This document shows positions 36,073 to 48,418 of a stretch of 64,000 nt of DNA, in pieces (within the stretch, counting starts at the first letter, position 1; each line of letters starts with the position of its first letter). Position numbers and translations under genes: made by a program. Origin of the DNA: Adineta vaga (taxonomy: Eukaryota > Animalia > Rotifera); contig CP075493.1 in NCBI GenBank assembly GCA_021613535.1, positions 12,586,001 through 12,650,000 of the forward strand, given 5' to 3'. Under the pieces are notes generated by a model. That model saw only the letters and a program-made list of their open reading frames with translations, searched no databases and was not told the DNA's origin.

Positions 36073-37242
36073 ATGGGTGGTAAGCATTCAACGAAAAATA
36101 AAAATGCCGAAATTGGTAAAGCGAGTGAATTCTATTGGGCATGTCGTCATGGTAATTATGAAAAAGTAAGAAGATTAATAAGAAACATGAATTATGAACA
36201 AATGTGTCAAATTGAACCGAACGGAAGTACGGCACTGCATGCCGCAACTTATTATGGTCATCACAAAATTGTAGAACTGCTTCTCGAACAAGGATGTTCT
36301 CGTACAACATTGAATCGACATGGCAATACTCCTTACGAAGAGGCTCAAACAGAGGGAATGCGTTCTATTTTTCATCGACCCACTTCTCAGCGATTTATTG
36401 ATGAAGAACCAAGTCAGTCATTCAAATTAAAGTCTGATTCCGATGAATCCGATGAAATCAGTGAAGATGTTCCTGATGATTGGGTGAAAGGATATGCAAC
36501 CACGAGAGGTGCACATGAGGCTAATTTAATGCATGCAATAGCGCGAGCACCACTATTAATGAGAAAATTCTTACAAACTCGATTAGAAGCAGATTGTAAG
36601 GAATCGTTCGAAAATTTTCTTCATGAAACTCTTGATGAAGATGATCCTTTTCGCATTCGTGTTATTAGTCTCTTTAACGAATATAAACAGCAACGAGCAA
36701 TTGAACCTTTATTTACATTGTATACATTGGAAACACCAATCTATGGAGCACTACAAGATGATTGTGAAACACTTACTGCGCTACTTTACATGCATTTACC
36801 TGCTTTGAGAGATCGCGCTTATAAAGGTATCGCTTATCGTGGTGCACGAATGACACATGATGATATCCAAGCATATCGATGGACATTTTCGCAACAGGGA
36901 CGTGTACTCGAAACACGTACACTTCAATCCATGTCGAAAAAGAAAGAAAAAGCATTGGAATTCGCAGGAAAATCACACAGTTCAAAATCGTTTTCCGTTC
37001 TATTCATATATGATTTTCCGGAAGTTTGTCGAACAGCCATTGATTTAACTAAAATATCCGATACAAAATCAGCATTGTCGGAATTTCAAGATGAAGAAGA
37101 AGTTACTTTACTACCTTTTACTTTATTTAAAGTATGGGACATGAAAACTGACAGTAATAATAATAAACATTATCGAATAACATTACGTAATATTCCAGTA
37201 CAGAAGAAATCGATCGCAGCAGCTATGTTAAATATGAATTGA
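36073..37242 (+). CDS. Ankyrin-repeat + R-S-E ADP-ribosyltransferase protein with N-myristoylation motif
   Basis: MGGKHS start (MGxxxS); NGSTALHAATYYGHHKIVELLLEQG ankyrin; AYRGA (R), QSMS (S), EEEVTLLPFTLFKV (ExE). Confidence 0.88.
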   Translation: MGGKHSTKNKNAEIGKASEFYWACRHGNYEKVRRLIRNMNYEQMCQIEPNGSTALHAATYYGHHKIVELLLEQGCSRTTLNRHGNTPYEEAQTEGMRSIFHRPTSQRFIDEEPSQSFKLKSDSDESDEISEDVPDDWVKGYATTRGAHEANLMHAIARAPLLMRKFLQTRLEADCKESFENFLHETLDEDDPFRIRVISLFNEYKQQRAIEPLFTLYTLETPIYGALQDDCETLTALLYMHLPALRDRAYKGIAYRGARMTHDDIQAYRWTFSQQGRVLETRTLQSMSKKKEKALEFAGKSHSSKSFSVLFIYDFPEVCRTAIDLTKISDTKSALSEFQDEEEVTLLPFTLFKVWDMKTDSNNNKHYRITLRNIPVQKKSIAAAMLNMN

Positions 37243-38384
37243 AACGATAAACAATCAACTTCAAAAACATATCTTTAGATCAAAAATCTATATATAAAGG
37301 GGGCTTCATAATAACTAAGGATAAATTCTAATACGTATGTTTCATACTACTGTTTGACCTAGGAGGCTGATATTTTTATCATATGTATATCTCATCATGA
37401 TCTTTTATTTTCGAGAGTTTCAGCTCTCTAGCATTAACTAATGGTGGGTATGCGTCAGCAATAAAAGAGAGACCTTAACTGCCAATCACACTTTCAATAT
37501 GCAAACAATCATCAATGAGCGTAACCACCTGAAGTGTTGTTATGAATCCTATTGTGTTATAGGTGGAATATTGACATGATTGAGAAGCTCATTCAGCAAA
37601 ATAAAGATCGAAAGACATGGTATAATATTTCAATGGCTGTATTGGCAAGTGATAATGAGGAATAAGAATTATGGTTTCGAATTATGAGTTGAGATAAATG
37701 AATAGTAAATAACCTAGCAGGTATTCTAATATACTTTCTATTAAAGATTCAATTTCTGAAATAAATCTATGATATTTGAGAGTTGTATGTACATGGACAG
37801 TGAAATGTTGATAAATATTGATCAGAAAATTGAATAAAATCTATGCATGATGTAAAAAGAGTGAGAATGAAAAAAAACAAAAATCATCAGTATTAAATAG
37901 ATACTTGTGTAGTGTATACATTATTGTCAAACAACATTTTCTTTTTATGTTGGAGGAATACTACTGAGATAGTTTAATGCGCTCAGTTTCCGTTTAATTA
38001 ATTGCCGGGATAGATATTGCTTAATGATTATAGAAGTACCAGTCAGAACTAGAGTTTGTGCTGTTAAATCATGAATTACATTGAATACTCTTAAAAAATA
38101 ATTTGAAATCATATCGATAAAATACCTATATAGTAATGTGCTATTATTGTGTAACGACGTTTTACTAAAAGAAATCTAATTGAAAGAAAGATTTATTTAT
38201 TAAATTATTATATATGAAAAAGTAACCATGACATGATTGAATTTAGAACGTTGTTAGATTGAATAACTTATATAAAAAGAAAAGAACAAAGAAGATTTGT
38301 TCGAGGGTGAGGATAAATGAATTTAGTAGCTAGTATATATATGACTGATAGTTCACTCTATCGCATTGATCAGTCATGTGCTAT

Positions 38385-39138
38385 CTAGTTTTGTGATTGA
38401 TCACCATGTGTGCCGAATATTTGATCTAAATATTGAGCAATACCATAGTTAACAGTGAAATGTGTATGATGTTTGTTATGAAAATTGTCGGGAATAAAAA
38501 ATAAATTCATTGAACTATGTCCTTCGACATTGTACACAACGCCAACAATAATCCAAGCGAGAAATTGATTTATACTACAACCGAAAATTATAAATGGTAA
38601 AATATCACTTGTAGTTATAATAATCGATTCAAGAAACGATTTATACTCAGCAATATAACCGTTAACATCAATATATTGATGATGTTTTTTATGAATCCAA
38701 TAGAATTGTCGTTGATGAAGAAGCCAATGAATGATGTAAAAGAAAAAATCTGCTGATACGATGCAGAAAAAAACCATACTGTATTTTTAAGCAATGATTG
38801 TAATCGATTAAATGTAAAATTGGATAAGTATAGCACAAGCCTAAAAATAGCAATTCACCAGGAAGAATATCGATTAGTTTGAAATCAAAAGTTTGCTTTT
38901 TTATATTCTTAGGTTGAATAGTTCTGTACTTTTGCAAAAACGATGAATCTTTTATTTTAACGGATATATAACCAGCAGGATAATAGCATATGAAATTTGC
39001 TAACCAATGGAAAAATGGATAATAAATCGATGAATATTGTTGATTAATATTCAAATATTTATCGAAGAATAACTGAACCAACACACATGCGAGAGAAATT
39101 TTTATAAAAAATACTAAACTTTTCAAATAAGCATCCAT
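38385..39138 (-). CDS. Fatty-acid hydroxylase / sterol desaturase superfamily membrane enzyme (split frame)
   Basis: His boxes HWLLH, HKKHH, H...HNKHH and NYG...LDQIFGT; the two ORFs can be joined by a 58-nt intron 38779-38836 with a weak GTGCTA donor, otherwise a frameshift. Confidence 0.8.
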
Positions 39139-40166
39139 TATTAGAATGTTGATCTGAAAGAAGTAAAAAAAGAAGAAAACATGATGTTGTTTCTTTTCTT
39201 TTCATAAAATTGGCTGAGATCAGGCGAGGGTATACATTAAGAAAAAAAAACACTAATTACTATAAACGAGCGCGAAGTATAAGCTTAAAAACATTCGGAA
39301 ACGTGTATTTTCGTTCTTTGTTTTGATTTTATCGCAAACAAACTATGCAACAGAACAACTGAAAATAATCATCAACTCTTGATTATTCTGAAGCAATCAC
39401 ACAAGATGACTACGAATTGATGGTCGGAGAAAATTTGATTCGACGTAAAATCAACTAAGCAACGAACGACAAACTACGTATCTTAAGTAAAAAAGTACTA
39501 TCCTAGTTTCGAATATGTTCTGTCGATTGTAATTGCGTTAAACAGTTGATGAAAAAGGTAATGTTTCTTGAAAGATAGACTATTTATATCATTTAAACTG
39601 ATGTAACGATAAAAAAAACTTTCGATGAACGTTCAAGAGGTCATAATTACATGTAAATCTACATCACATGCATAATCACTCTATCACTTCATCTTTATTT
39701 AGAGTCACACCTAAGTGAACTACTGTTTTATCCAAACATACGCTTCGATATTGCGCGGAGGCGAAAAATATTTTCTCTTTGGAATGTTTTTGTTCATGTG
39801 ATATTCTGTCCTTTAGCGTTATGTAACGATATCATAATATTGTTTTGTTTTTTTATACATACTCATATTTCCGACGGCGATAAAAACAATTGAAAAATGA
39901 CTATACATCTATCCTTATCCTTTGATACAGTTTCTACTCTGTCGTTTTTGTCGTCTCCGATACTAAATCGTCCATTCGTATAGTCGTAGATTGACACGTG
40001 TCTTATTGTTTATTTAATGTGTTTGTATCGTTCGTTGACGTTTCTAAGACCGTGAAAAAAACAAAAAAACTTAAATTATATTTTAAGTTATGTACGGCAG
40101 AATAGTGGTGCAAGGTGAGTATATGATTCGAATAATGCTGAAGAAATTTTAATGAATTAATAAGTT

Positions 40167-41630
40167 TTATTTTGCAGACAAAGAAAGACAAAGACAGAGA
40201 AAAAATAATGATATGACTAACGTCATATTATGACTATTACTAACATTTATAGAAAGTAAATCCATTGAGTATATCTCGCCTGGCACTATTCCGATATTTG
40301 TGAAAACTATTGTATTTTGTCCCTTTTGCAATTCAACAGAAATTAAAATTGAACTCCAATTGTCTGAATAGAGAATATCAATCGTTTGAGTAGCATTATT
40401 ATTGATCGTAATCAGATAATTCGTCGTATTGGTACGCTCTTTTGAACGAACTTGTACTATGACAGTATAGAATCCTGTTATGTCTACGTCAACATTGAAT
40501 GTAACATGTTGTGCTGATGGATATAACTGATAACGTTGTCGTCGAGGTTCACCTTGAGGTAGAGGAATAGGCTTGTTAGGATCTAAGAGTTCATTCAAAA
40601 TTGGTGTTCCATCTTGTTTATTCCATATAAATGGTTGAATTCTAATCTGTCTTGTCCATCCTGATCCATTGTATGCTGCCGTATGAAATATTAACCAGTT
40701 ATCACTAGTTAAACTTCCATGACCTGGTCCAAATAAACCATTTCCACTTTTGAGAATAGGTTCCGATCGTTTTTGCCATGATGTTGAATTCATTGGATCA
40801 GCATATTCATTAGCAGTTATCAATCCCATACAATAATCATTTGTCCAACTGCCTGAAGCAGAAAAGACTATACTAATAGTTTTATCGTAAATAATGACTT
40901 CAGGGCCTTCATTAACGTGTGGTGAATGATTAATTTCCCAAGGATAGTTGGGCCTAGCAATTTCGACACGCTTTGAATCAATGGTATATGGATTAGACAT
41001 ATGAGCGATGTATAGAATCTTACACAAAAGAAAACATAATTAAAGTGAATAGAAGGACTGAAATCTTACTTGCATAACATCAACATCTCCCTCCCATCCG
41101 GACCATATAAAGTACAAATTATTTGTCAGTGGATGTTCAAATACTGTTCCATCAATTGCCCATTTATTTGAGTCATCTGTTAGTTGACCTCGGAATGTAA
41201 ATTCACCTTGAAATGGATCATCATTTTCATTTTCCAAAACAAACATTCGATGATTTGCATTATTACTATCACAAGTAGTAGCAGCGAAATAAACATACCA
41301 TTTCTTTTGAATAAGATGAAGTTCAGGTGCCCAGACATCTCGGCATGCTGTCGTATTGTTTGGTAACCAAATAATTTTTGGTTCTCCTAGATCAAGTGTA
41401 GATAAATAACGCGATCGCCATATGATGATATTGATCTGAGTAGATTTCGTTGCATAGTAAAAACCATTCGTGGGATGTTTATATACCCATGGATCAGCAC
41501 CATCTTGAGAGATAAACGGATAGAATGTATCAACAATAGTATAATTACTAATTGTTTTCGAAGTTTTGAAATATGCACTGTGAACCAGTGTAATCAGAAA
41601 TAGAAACAACAATACACGTGTCATTATCAT
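40167..41630 (-). CDS. Secreted GH43 glycoside hydrolase (arabinofuranosidase-like) with C-terminal CBM-like beta-sandwich and hydrophobic tail, 2 exons
   Basis: GADPWV, WAPELH, WAIDGTVF, VNEGPE, GPGHGS motifs; 51-nt intron 41019-41069 (DVMQ-ILYIAHM). Confidence 0.93.
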
Positions 41631-42184
41631 TGAAGAACACGAGAATATGATCTCTTTGCATGTATCTTTACATCTATCTTCAAGTTAGAATCGTATATTT
41701 TTCTCTGCTATGTCATATAAACTGATAAGATTCCTTCGCTTTCTATTTCAATAATTGTAAAAAAAACATAAAATACACTTATTGCACTCATTAATGCATT
41801 ATAAAAAAAAAGATTTTCGATTGTAATGAGCGAATATATCGTCGTCATTTTTTTACTTAACAATAGAATGTTAATGAATTCGGAGAGCATTACATTTTCA
41901 ATGTACATATGTATTTTTGCATTACCATTACGTTTTTAATTCATTTTGCTTTTTTTCATCTATTTTGTGTCAATTTATTTTCCTATTTTTCTTAGTCATG
42001 CAAAGTATTACCCTAGCTCAAAATATTTATTTATCTTTCTCATCAATCGTCACAATTAGCGACATGAGAGCCTGATTTTTTGCTCGCACGGAATAAAATA
42101 TACTTCCTTGTGAATATCTCAGCATATACTTGGTAGTAATATAAATATCAACACTATTTCTTTCATTTTTCAAGTGGATAAAAA

Positions 42185-42421
42185 TTGCATGTATTAACTA
42201 CAGTATTAGTTCTGCTTGTTTTACTTACAATTTCCTGCTATAAAAACGTCGAAGGTGCTTCTTGTGGCGCTTATAATTCAGCGTTTTACACTTGCTGCAA
42301 TGGTGTACTTACGTTTGGTATAGGACAATCATGCTGCGGTACGAAAGCTTACAGCTTCGCATTCTCTACATGTTGTAATGGTGCCCTTACATTCGGAAAA
42401 CGTTTGTCATGCGGTAAGTGA
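42185..42421 (+). CDS. Small secreted Cys-rich peptide with two tandem CC repeats; start codon uncertain
   Basis: Hydrophobic leader, then AYNSAFYTCCNGVLTFG..SC and AYSFAFSTCCNGALTFG..SC; ORF opens at TTG directly after an in-frame TAA AAA. Confidence 0.7.
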   Translation: MHVLTTVLVLLVLLTISCYKNVEGASCGAYNSAFYTCCNGVLTFGIGQSCCGTKAYSFAFSTCCNGALTFGKRLSCGK

Positions 42422-42649
42422 TAACAATCGATAACTTCAACAATAACATTTAAAAAATTTTCACTTTTGTATTTTTTCTTAATTTCAATTTTTAACTACT
42501 TCTAAATTCTATATACGAAAAAGAACGTATAAAACATTTGCTTTTTTATGTCTTATTTATATACACCCGCATTTTTTTGCTTTGTTTCAAAAAATAAAGA
42601 TTATTTTTATTCCAGAATATATTGATAAAATATTAATATAAATGATATT

Positions 42650-43096
42650 TCACTCTTTTCCTTTAACACAAAATGCTCGCACTCCTTTTGGAACCATAAA
42701 CGATGATCCATCATCAGAATATGATATATCACATTTGATCGCTTTTAGTTGTGGATACTGATCCAAATTGTCAATAATCTGTGTTAATGCTTCCTCAATC
42801 ACCTTTGGTTCAAGTTGACTTTGTCGCATATGTCCATTCTTGAATTGTGCAGCAATAAATTGGGCAGTACAACCATTTTTTCCCACCATCATACTATACA
42901 TACCGTCAGTAAGTGCATGATATAGAGCATCGATCACTTGCTGTAAATCTTCTGATTTCAATCGAGTTGTTGTTTTCGAATGATCAGGTAAACGTGAAAA
43001 TTCATTTTTATCAAATGCTAATGAACCACTAGCTGCATTCATAGCAACTGTCAATTCACAGACTCGTCGAAATGCTTCGTCGTTTTGATTAGACAT
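42650..43096 (-). CDS. Hypothetical protein (148 aa), single exon
   Basis: ATG-to-stop ORF with protein-like composition; no family recognised. Confidence 0.7.
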   Translation of the reverse strand: MSNQNDEAFRRVCELTVAMNAASGSLAFDKNEFSRLPDHSKTTTRLKSEDLQQVIDALYHALTDGMYSMMVGKNGCTAQFIAAQFKNGHMRQSQLEPKVIEEALTQIIDNLDQYPQLKAIKCDISYSDDGSSFMVPKGVRAFCVKGKE

Positions 43097-43750
43097 GAAT
43101 AAATATCACTGTCACTAAAATATTTATCTTAAAATTGAAACACAAGTCAGAAGAAATGTTTTTATATCATGAAAGAAAGTGCTAAAAGAGAAAAACAAGA
43201 TATGAATGTTACGTTGCAGTCTACACCCACCTTCAACAAACAATCAACAAGAGAGAAATTTGATGATTTCATATTCAAAACAATTCTGTTATTTATTTAG
43301 GATATCAAGTGAAAATAAAGGAAGTAACACATGGCTAATAAAAGTTATGACGTCAATTTTCAATTTATTTTGGGATTCAGACATATTTAATTCTACTGAA
43401 TTACCTTTTGATATTTACTGGAACAGAATTATTGAATTTGGAAATAACAGAAAGTGAAACGATTATCATTGACTATCCTTTTCTACTATTCACACTTTAC
43501 AAGCTATAGATGGCGGAATATGGCGAATCCTCGATATTCGTTGTTCTCTATCATAAGCGAGCCTTGTAATCATATACACACTCTCTCTATCAGTATAGAA
43601 GATTTATTTTAAATTTATTCTTTTTCCTTCTTATCGTATCAATCGAAATGTCGCACAGATTTATCAGGTCAAATTTTTTTATGCACGCATAGAGAAAGAG
43701 AAAAAAGATTATTCTGTGCTTTAACTTATTCGTTATTATTCTACGAAAGG

Positions 43751-45913
43751 ATGAAGTCACCAACATTGAATATTGTTGATTATATTGTTCTGGTAGTATT
43801 ACTATTATTGTCGGCTCTCATCGGTGTTATTTTTGGTTTCATTAAGTCAAAGAAAACGTCGACTGAGGAATATTTTCTAGGTATGTTGTGTACATATACG
43901 TAGAACACTTTTAAAATAATTTTCATTACCTTATATTTTAGCTGATGGAAAAATGCATGTATTTCCTACAGCATTAAGTATCATGGTTTCATTTCTTTCT
44001 GCTATTACTATATTAGGTACACCAAGTGAAGTATATATGTCAGGAACAATGTTTTGGTATCAAGGTAAGAGTGACTAAAATGATACTGTAGACTTGTATT
44101 TTCTCGTTTTTAGCTGCTGCGTGGAGTATTGCATCTATGATGACAGCTTTTATCTTTATGCCAAAATTTCGTGAAATGAAATTTACTAGTATCTATGAAT
44201 ATTTAGAAAAACGTTTTGATCAATCTGTACGAATATGTGCTTCTATTACTTTTACAATCTATATGGTGTGATTCGATTCGTTTCTATACACTCATACATA
44301 TACTTGATATTCTTGTATTTTTACAGTTTATTTATATGGCTCTTGTACTTTATGCACCAGCATTAGCATTAAGTCAAAGTATGCTAAAGAAACCGTAATA
44401 TTGTAGTTGATATGAAAATTAATTTGTAGCTACGGGATTAAATAAATGGGTGTCAGTGGTTTCTATCAGTGTTGTTTGCATTTTTTACTCATCCGTGGTA
44501 GGTATATATGAAAACAAACAAGAAATTCATCAGTCGACGTGCATCAATATATGTATATAATAGGGTGGTATGAAAGCAATTATTTGGACAGATGTTTTAC
44601 AAGCATTGGTTATGTATGCTGGTGTTCTTATTGGCATCATACATGGTCTAGTTCTGGTGGGCGGTTTCGAGCGAGCATTTTTAATTTCTCATCAAGGTCA
44701 TCGAATAGAATTTGATAAGTACATTGATTCATTTATTGATTAGTAATAGAAATTGATAGAGATAAGATATCTTTTAAATGTATTTTAGTATAAGTTTTGA
44801 TCCTCGAACACGTCATACAGTTTGGTCACTTTTAATTGGTAATTCTTTTAATGCATTATTAACCTATGGCTTTAATCAAATGCAAGTACAACGTTATATG
44901 TGTGTAAAATCGACACGAGGAGCACAAAAAGCTCTTTTCATCAATATGATTGGTGTTGCTAGTCTCATTCTACTTTCATGTTTAATGGGTGTTATTCTTT
45001 ATGCATATTATGCTGGTTGTGATCCATTTACAGCTGGTCGAATTCAAAATGTCGATCAAATTTTACCCTATTTCATTATGGAAACATTAGGTGATAAAAA
45101 AGGTATACCGGGATTATTTCTTGCTTGTGCATTTTCTGGCTCACTTTCGACTATATCATCTGGACTCAATAGTATGGCAGCCGTTCTAATTGAAGATATT
45201 TACAAAGGACTTATGGGACGAACATTGAGCAATGAACGTCAAGGTTATGTAGCCAAGCTAGTTTCCGTGGTTATCGGTATGATGATTGTACTTCTTACTT
45301 ATTTTGTTAGTCATTTGGGTTCGGTAATCAACGCTGCAATATCATTATCTAGTACACTTTGTGGACCAATCATGGGTGTATTCTTTCTTGGCTTTTTCTT
45401 TTCTCGAACAAATCGGATAGGTGCTTTAGCTGGATTCTTTGTTAGTTTAGCATTGCAATTATGGATTTTTATTGGTGTACAATTAACAAAACATCAACGA
45501 AGCAATCATCGATTACCATTATCAATACTCAATTGTACAGATATTGATGTTTTGACTAAAATGAATACTAGCACGACAACACCAATAAATAGCACGTAAG
45601 CATTGAAATTATCAATATGATTCGTTATATACTCTAAAGTTGTGTGCAACCTTCTAGATTTAATCCATTGCTTAATCTTTATTCAGTCAGTCATATGTGG
45701 TATACGCCAATTGCTGTAGGTACTGTCGTGATTGTTGGTATCGTCGTATCCTATCTCTACCATCCATTAAAACCAAATGAAGTCGATTCGAAATTAATTA
45801 TTCGTATGAGTGATATATGTCAATATTGTTGTTGGTCAAAGCGATGCCAAAATGCGAATAGTAATGTCGTGACCGCTGAAGATCATGACAAACAAGAAGA
45901 ATTACTTTCATAA
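43751..45913 (+). CDS. SLC5 sodium:solute symporter (SMVT/SMCT-like), multi-exon
   Basis: EEYFL-ADG, SFLSAITILGTPSEVY, SIYEYLEKRF, GGMKAIIWTDVLQ, NQMQVQRY, SGSLSTISSGLNS. Confidence 0.93.
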
Positions 45914-47578
45914 GACTTTTTTTCTACTATTGTCTTCTAGTTTTTCGAATCTGTATGAAAAGATCAATTGTTATAATTAGAATGCCATCAGTGAAAGTTG
46001 TTTTGCGTGACATAAGATAGTTGAATCTTATACATTTCATAATGCTATTTAAAAAAAAAGATATGATTAGGACAGAAATTTGTTTTAATTATCTATGAAA
46101 AATCTCCAAACATCTTTTCTTTATCATGTATATACTTTTGTGAAAGGAATGGTAGCAATCGTAACTGATCACACATTTACTTACTTATTGTCTTTCGTCT
46201 CGTTCTGTCTGCCTTCTATTTCGGACATACATTTATGAGATACTGATACTTTTTTTTCAATTTGCCATCTGTTTCTAAGTTGTTTTTTTACATATTTCAG
46301 CTCTCGTAAGTATATGTTTACAACGTCTCTAATCAATTGATAGAATTCTCCCTTTTTATTTAAACACTTGTTAAATTCTATTTCTTTTGTCTAATAATAA
46401 TTATGAAACGAACAGTACTCTTTTATTGAATAGATATTTCAAGACTATAGGAAGGTTTCTATGTTACTTGAAAAATAAAGCTACTACAAGATGATATACT
46501 TCGACGAACTGATCTTTAGATTAGAGAGTTCAATATTTCTGATTGATCGAATAGCTCGATCGTTCTATGGCAAGAATCTATCGAACTGCATTTTTGTTCG
46601 TCGATCATTAGGAAAAGGGAAATAGGATACTGGACTGCTAGATAGTATTTGTGTGGTCAAACATCACCATGCGATTGGCTGATCATTATCGTTTTTTTGC
46701 TGAAATAAAATAAGGAATTTTGTATTCATGTATATGTGGGTTTATAAGTTTGATGTGTCCTGTATGACGCAACTTCGAAGAGTGAGTGGTAATGAAGGTG
46801 AGGGCGAATATGAAGAAGAGATGCTGATGTCTATCCACCCTCAATCCCAATAATAACTTGGTAATCAAGCCGATCGATTAAATAGATCATGTAATGCAAT
46901 ATGTAATGTCATAGTATCTACTTTATACACATTACTGATGATAGATAGTACACTTAGGTGTAACGAGTGATCTGTAATCTTATATTAATCAAGACAAGTA
47001 TCAAATAAAAGTACATTATTAAAGTGCAGGTGTGAGTTAATAGAATATCCACTCACATCTACGCGCCCTCATCCCGACTACCTGCGGCCACTCCGGTTTA
47101 GAGCATAATGTTACACAGATAAGGATTTTAGAAATCATTTAGAGGTTTTACACATATGTGATAAAAGTTTGGTCTATTCTGTGTGAAATCTTGAATAGCA
47201 TATTACGAAACTCCTGCTCGTTTCACTGATCCTCTAGAGCTTCGGTATATTCGATATTGAACCATTTGGTAGTTTTGTGAAGTTTTGAACGGTTTGGTAT
47301 CTCTTACACGAAACCAATCATAGTTTCGTAGAGCAATATTAAACCTGTAAAGTTCGGTATAATACCTTTTTTTTAAGAATGTAGTCAGGCGACGTTCTAA
47401 CAATTTTTGAAAATGATGAATGTAAGCATTATCATCAAATTGCACTCTCTTCACTCCGTCGAATTGAAAGGAAAAAATAGATTGATGAAAATTTTTCCAA
47501 TATTTTTCACTGAATTCATAGTTAGACATTTTAGCATATCAACTTGTAAAAAAAACTTAAAATCATCTTTTACGCTAT

Positions 47579-48418
47579 ATGTCATTCAGTTATTATCGTC
47601 GTTCATCATGCATTTTTCTTGTTACAATCGTATTGTTTCTTGCATATAGTATTTGGAAATATCCGTATATATCTTCTCATCTTCAAATATTAATTGATCT
47701 GCCCACAAACGTAACTTCTCGCGCAAATGAAAAGTTATCTAAAATTATTGTCGTTTCGCATTTTAAAGAAGACTTAAGTTGGCTTGATCTGTATATCGGT
47801 GATCGAATCGCACATATTGTTTATACACGATCATCGAATGCTTTGATCAATCATGGTATTTGAGTAAATAAAGGTCGAGAACCTGTTGCTTATCTTCAAT
47901 ACATTGTTGATCATTATTCCAATTTACCATCATTGATTGCATTTATACATGGACATCGAACTTCATGGCACCAAAAGGATCCGTCAGATATTGTCGTTGC
48001 ATTACGGGCTTTGAGATGGAACAAATACAGTTTTATGCCACTAACAAGTGTAACCACGCATGCACTATTTCAACCAAACAGTTCATCTCTACAAGAAGTA
48101 GTTAATTATCAATTGTGGAGAGATGTTTTACAGGAAGAACTTGGTTCACCACCCGCAAATGGAACTAAAGGACATTGTTGTGCAACATTTGCTGTTCGAA
48201 AAGAAGAAATTCTTAAACATACAAAAAATTTCTATACAAATATTATTGATTATATTCTTGCTAGTTCACATTCGGATCAATTGACTGGCCGAACTCTTGA
48301 ATATACTTGGCATATGATCTTCGGTCAGCCTTCTGTGATTCATTTTAAGCCGTGTGATTTATTTTTTTGTGACGAACGAGGCAGCATTTCTGTAGAACTA
48401 GCCAAAACATACCAATAA
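47579..48418 (+). pseudogene. DUF3431-family type II membrane protein with one in-frame TGA (47861-47863)
   Basis: IVVSHFKEDLSWL...NHGI*VNKGREPVAYLQYIVDHYSNLP...FIHGH..SWH...CCATFAV...GRTLEYTWHMIFG; both ORFs are in the same frame. Confidence 0.85.

Noticed and set aside
37290-37520. Possible Tc1/mariner-like MITE after the ankyrin-ART gene
   Set aside because: Composition is suggestive, but no matching TIR pair or TSD could be identified
47203-47529. 108-aa minus-strand ORF, possible transposase relic
   Set aside because: No recognisable motif or flanking repeats
24658-47863. Alternative genetic code suggested by two in-frame stops (TAA, TGA)
   Set aside because: TAA, TAG and TGA all terminate other genes normally here, and long ORFs have no internal stops; isolated mutations or errors are simpler
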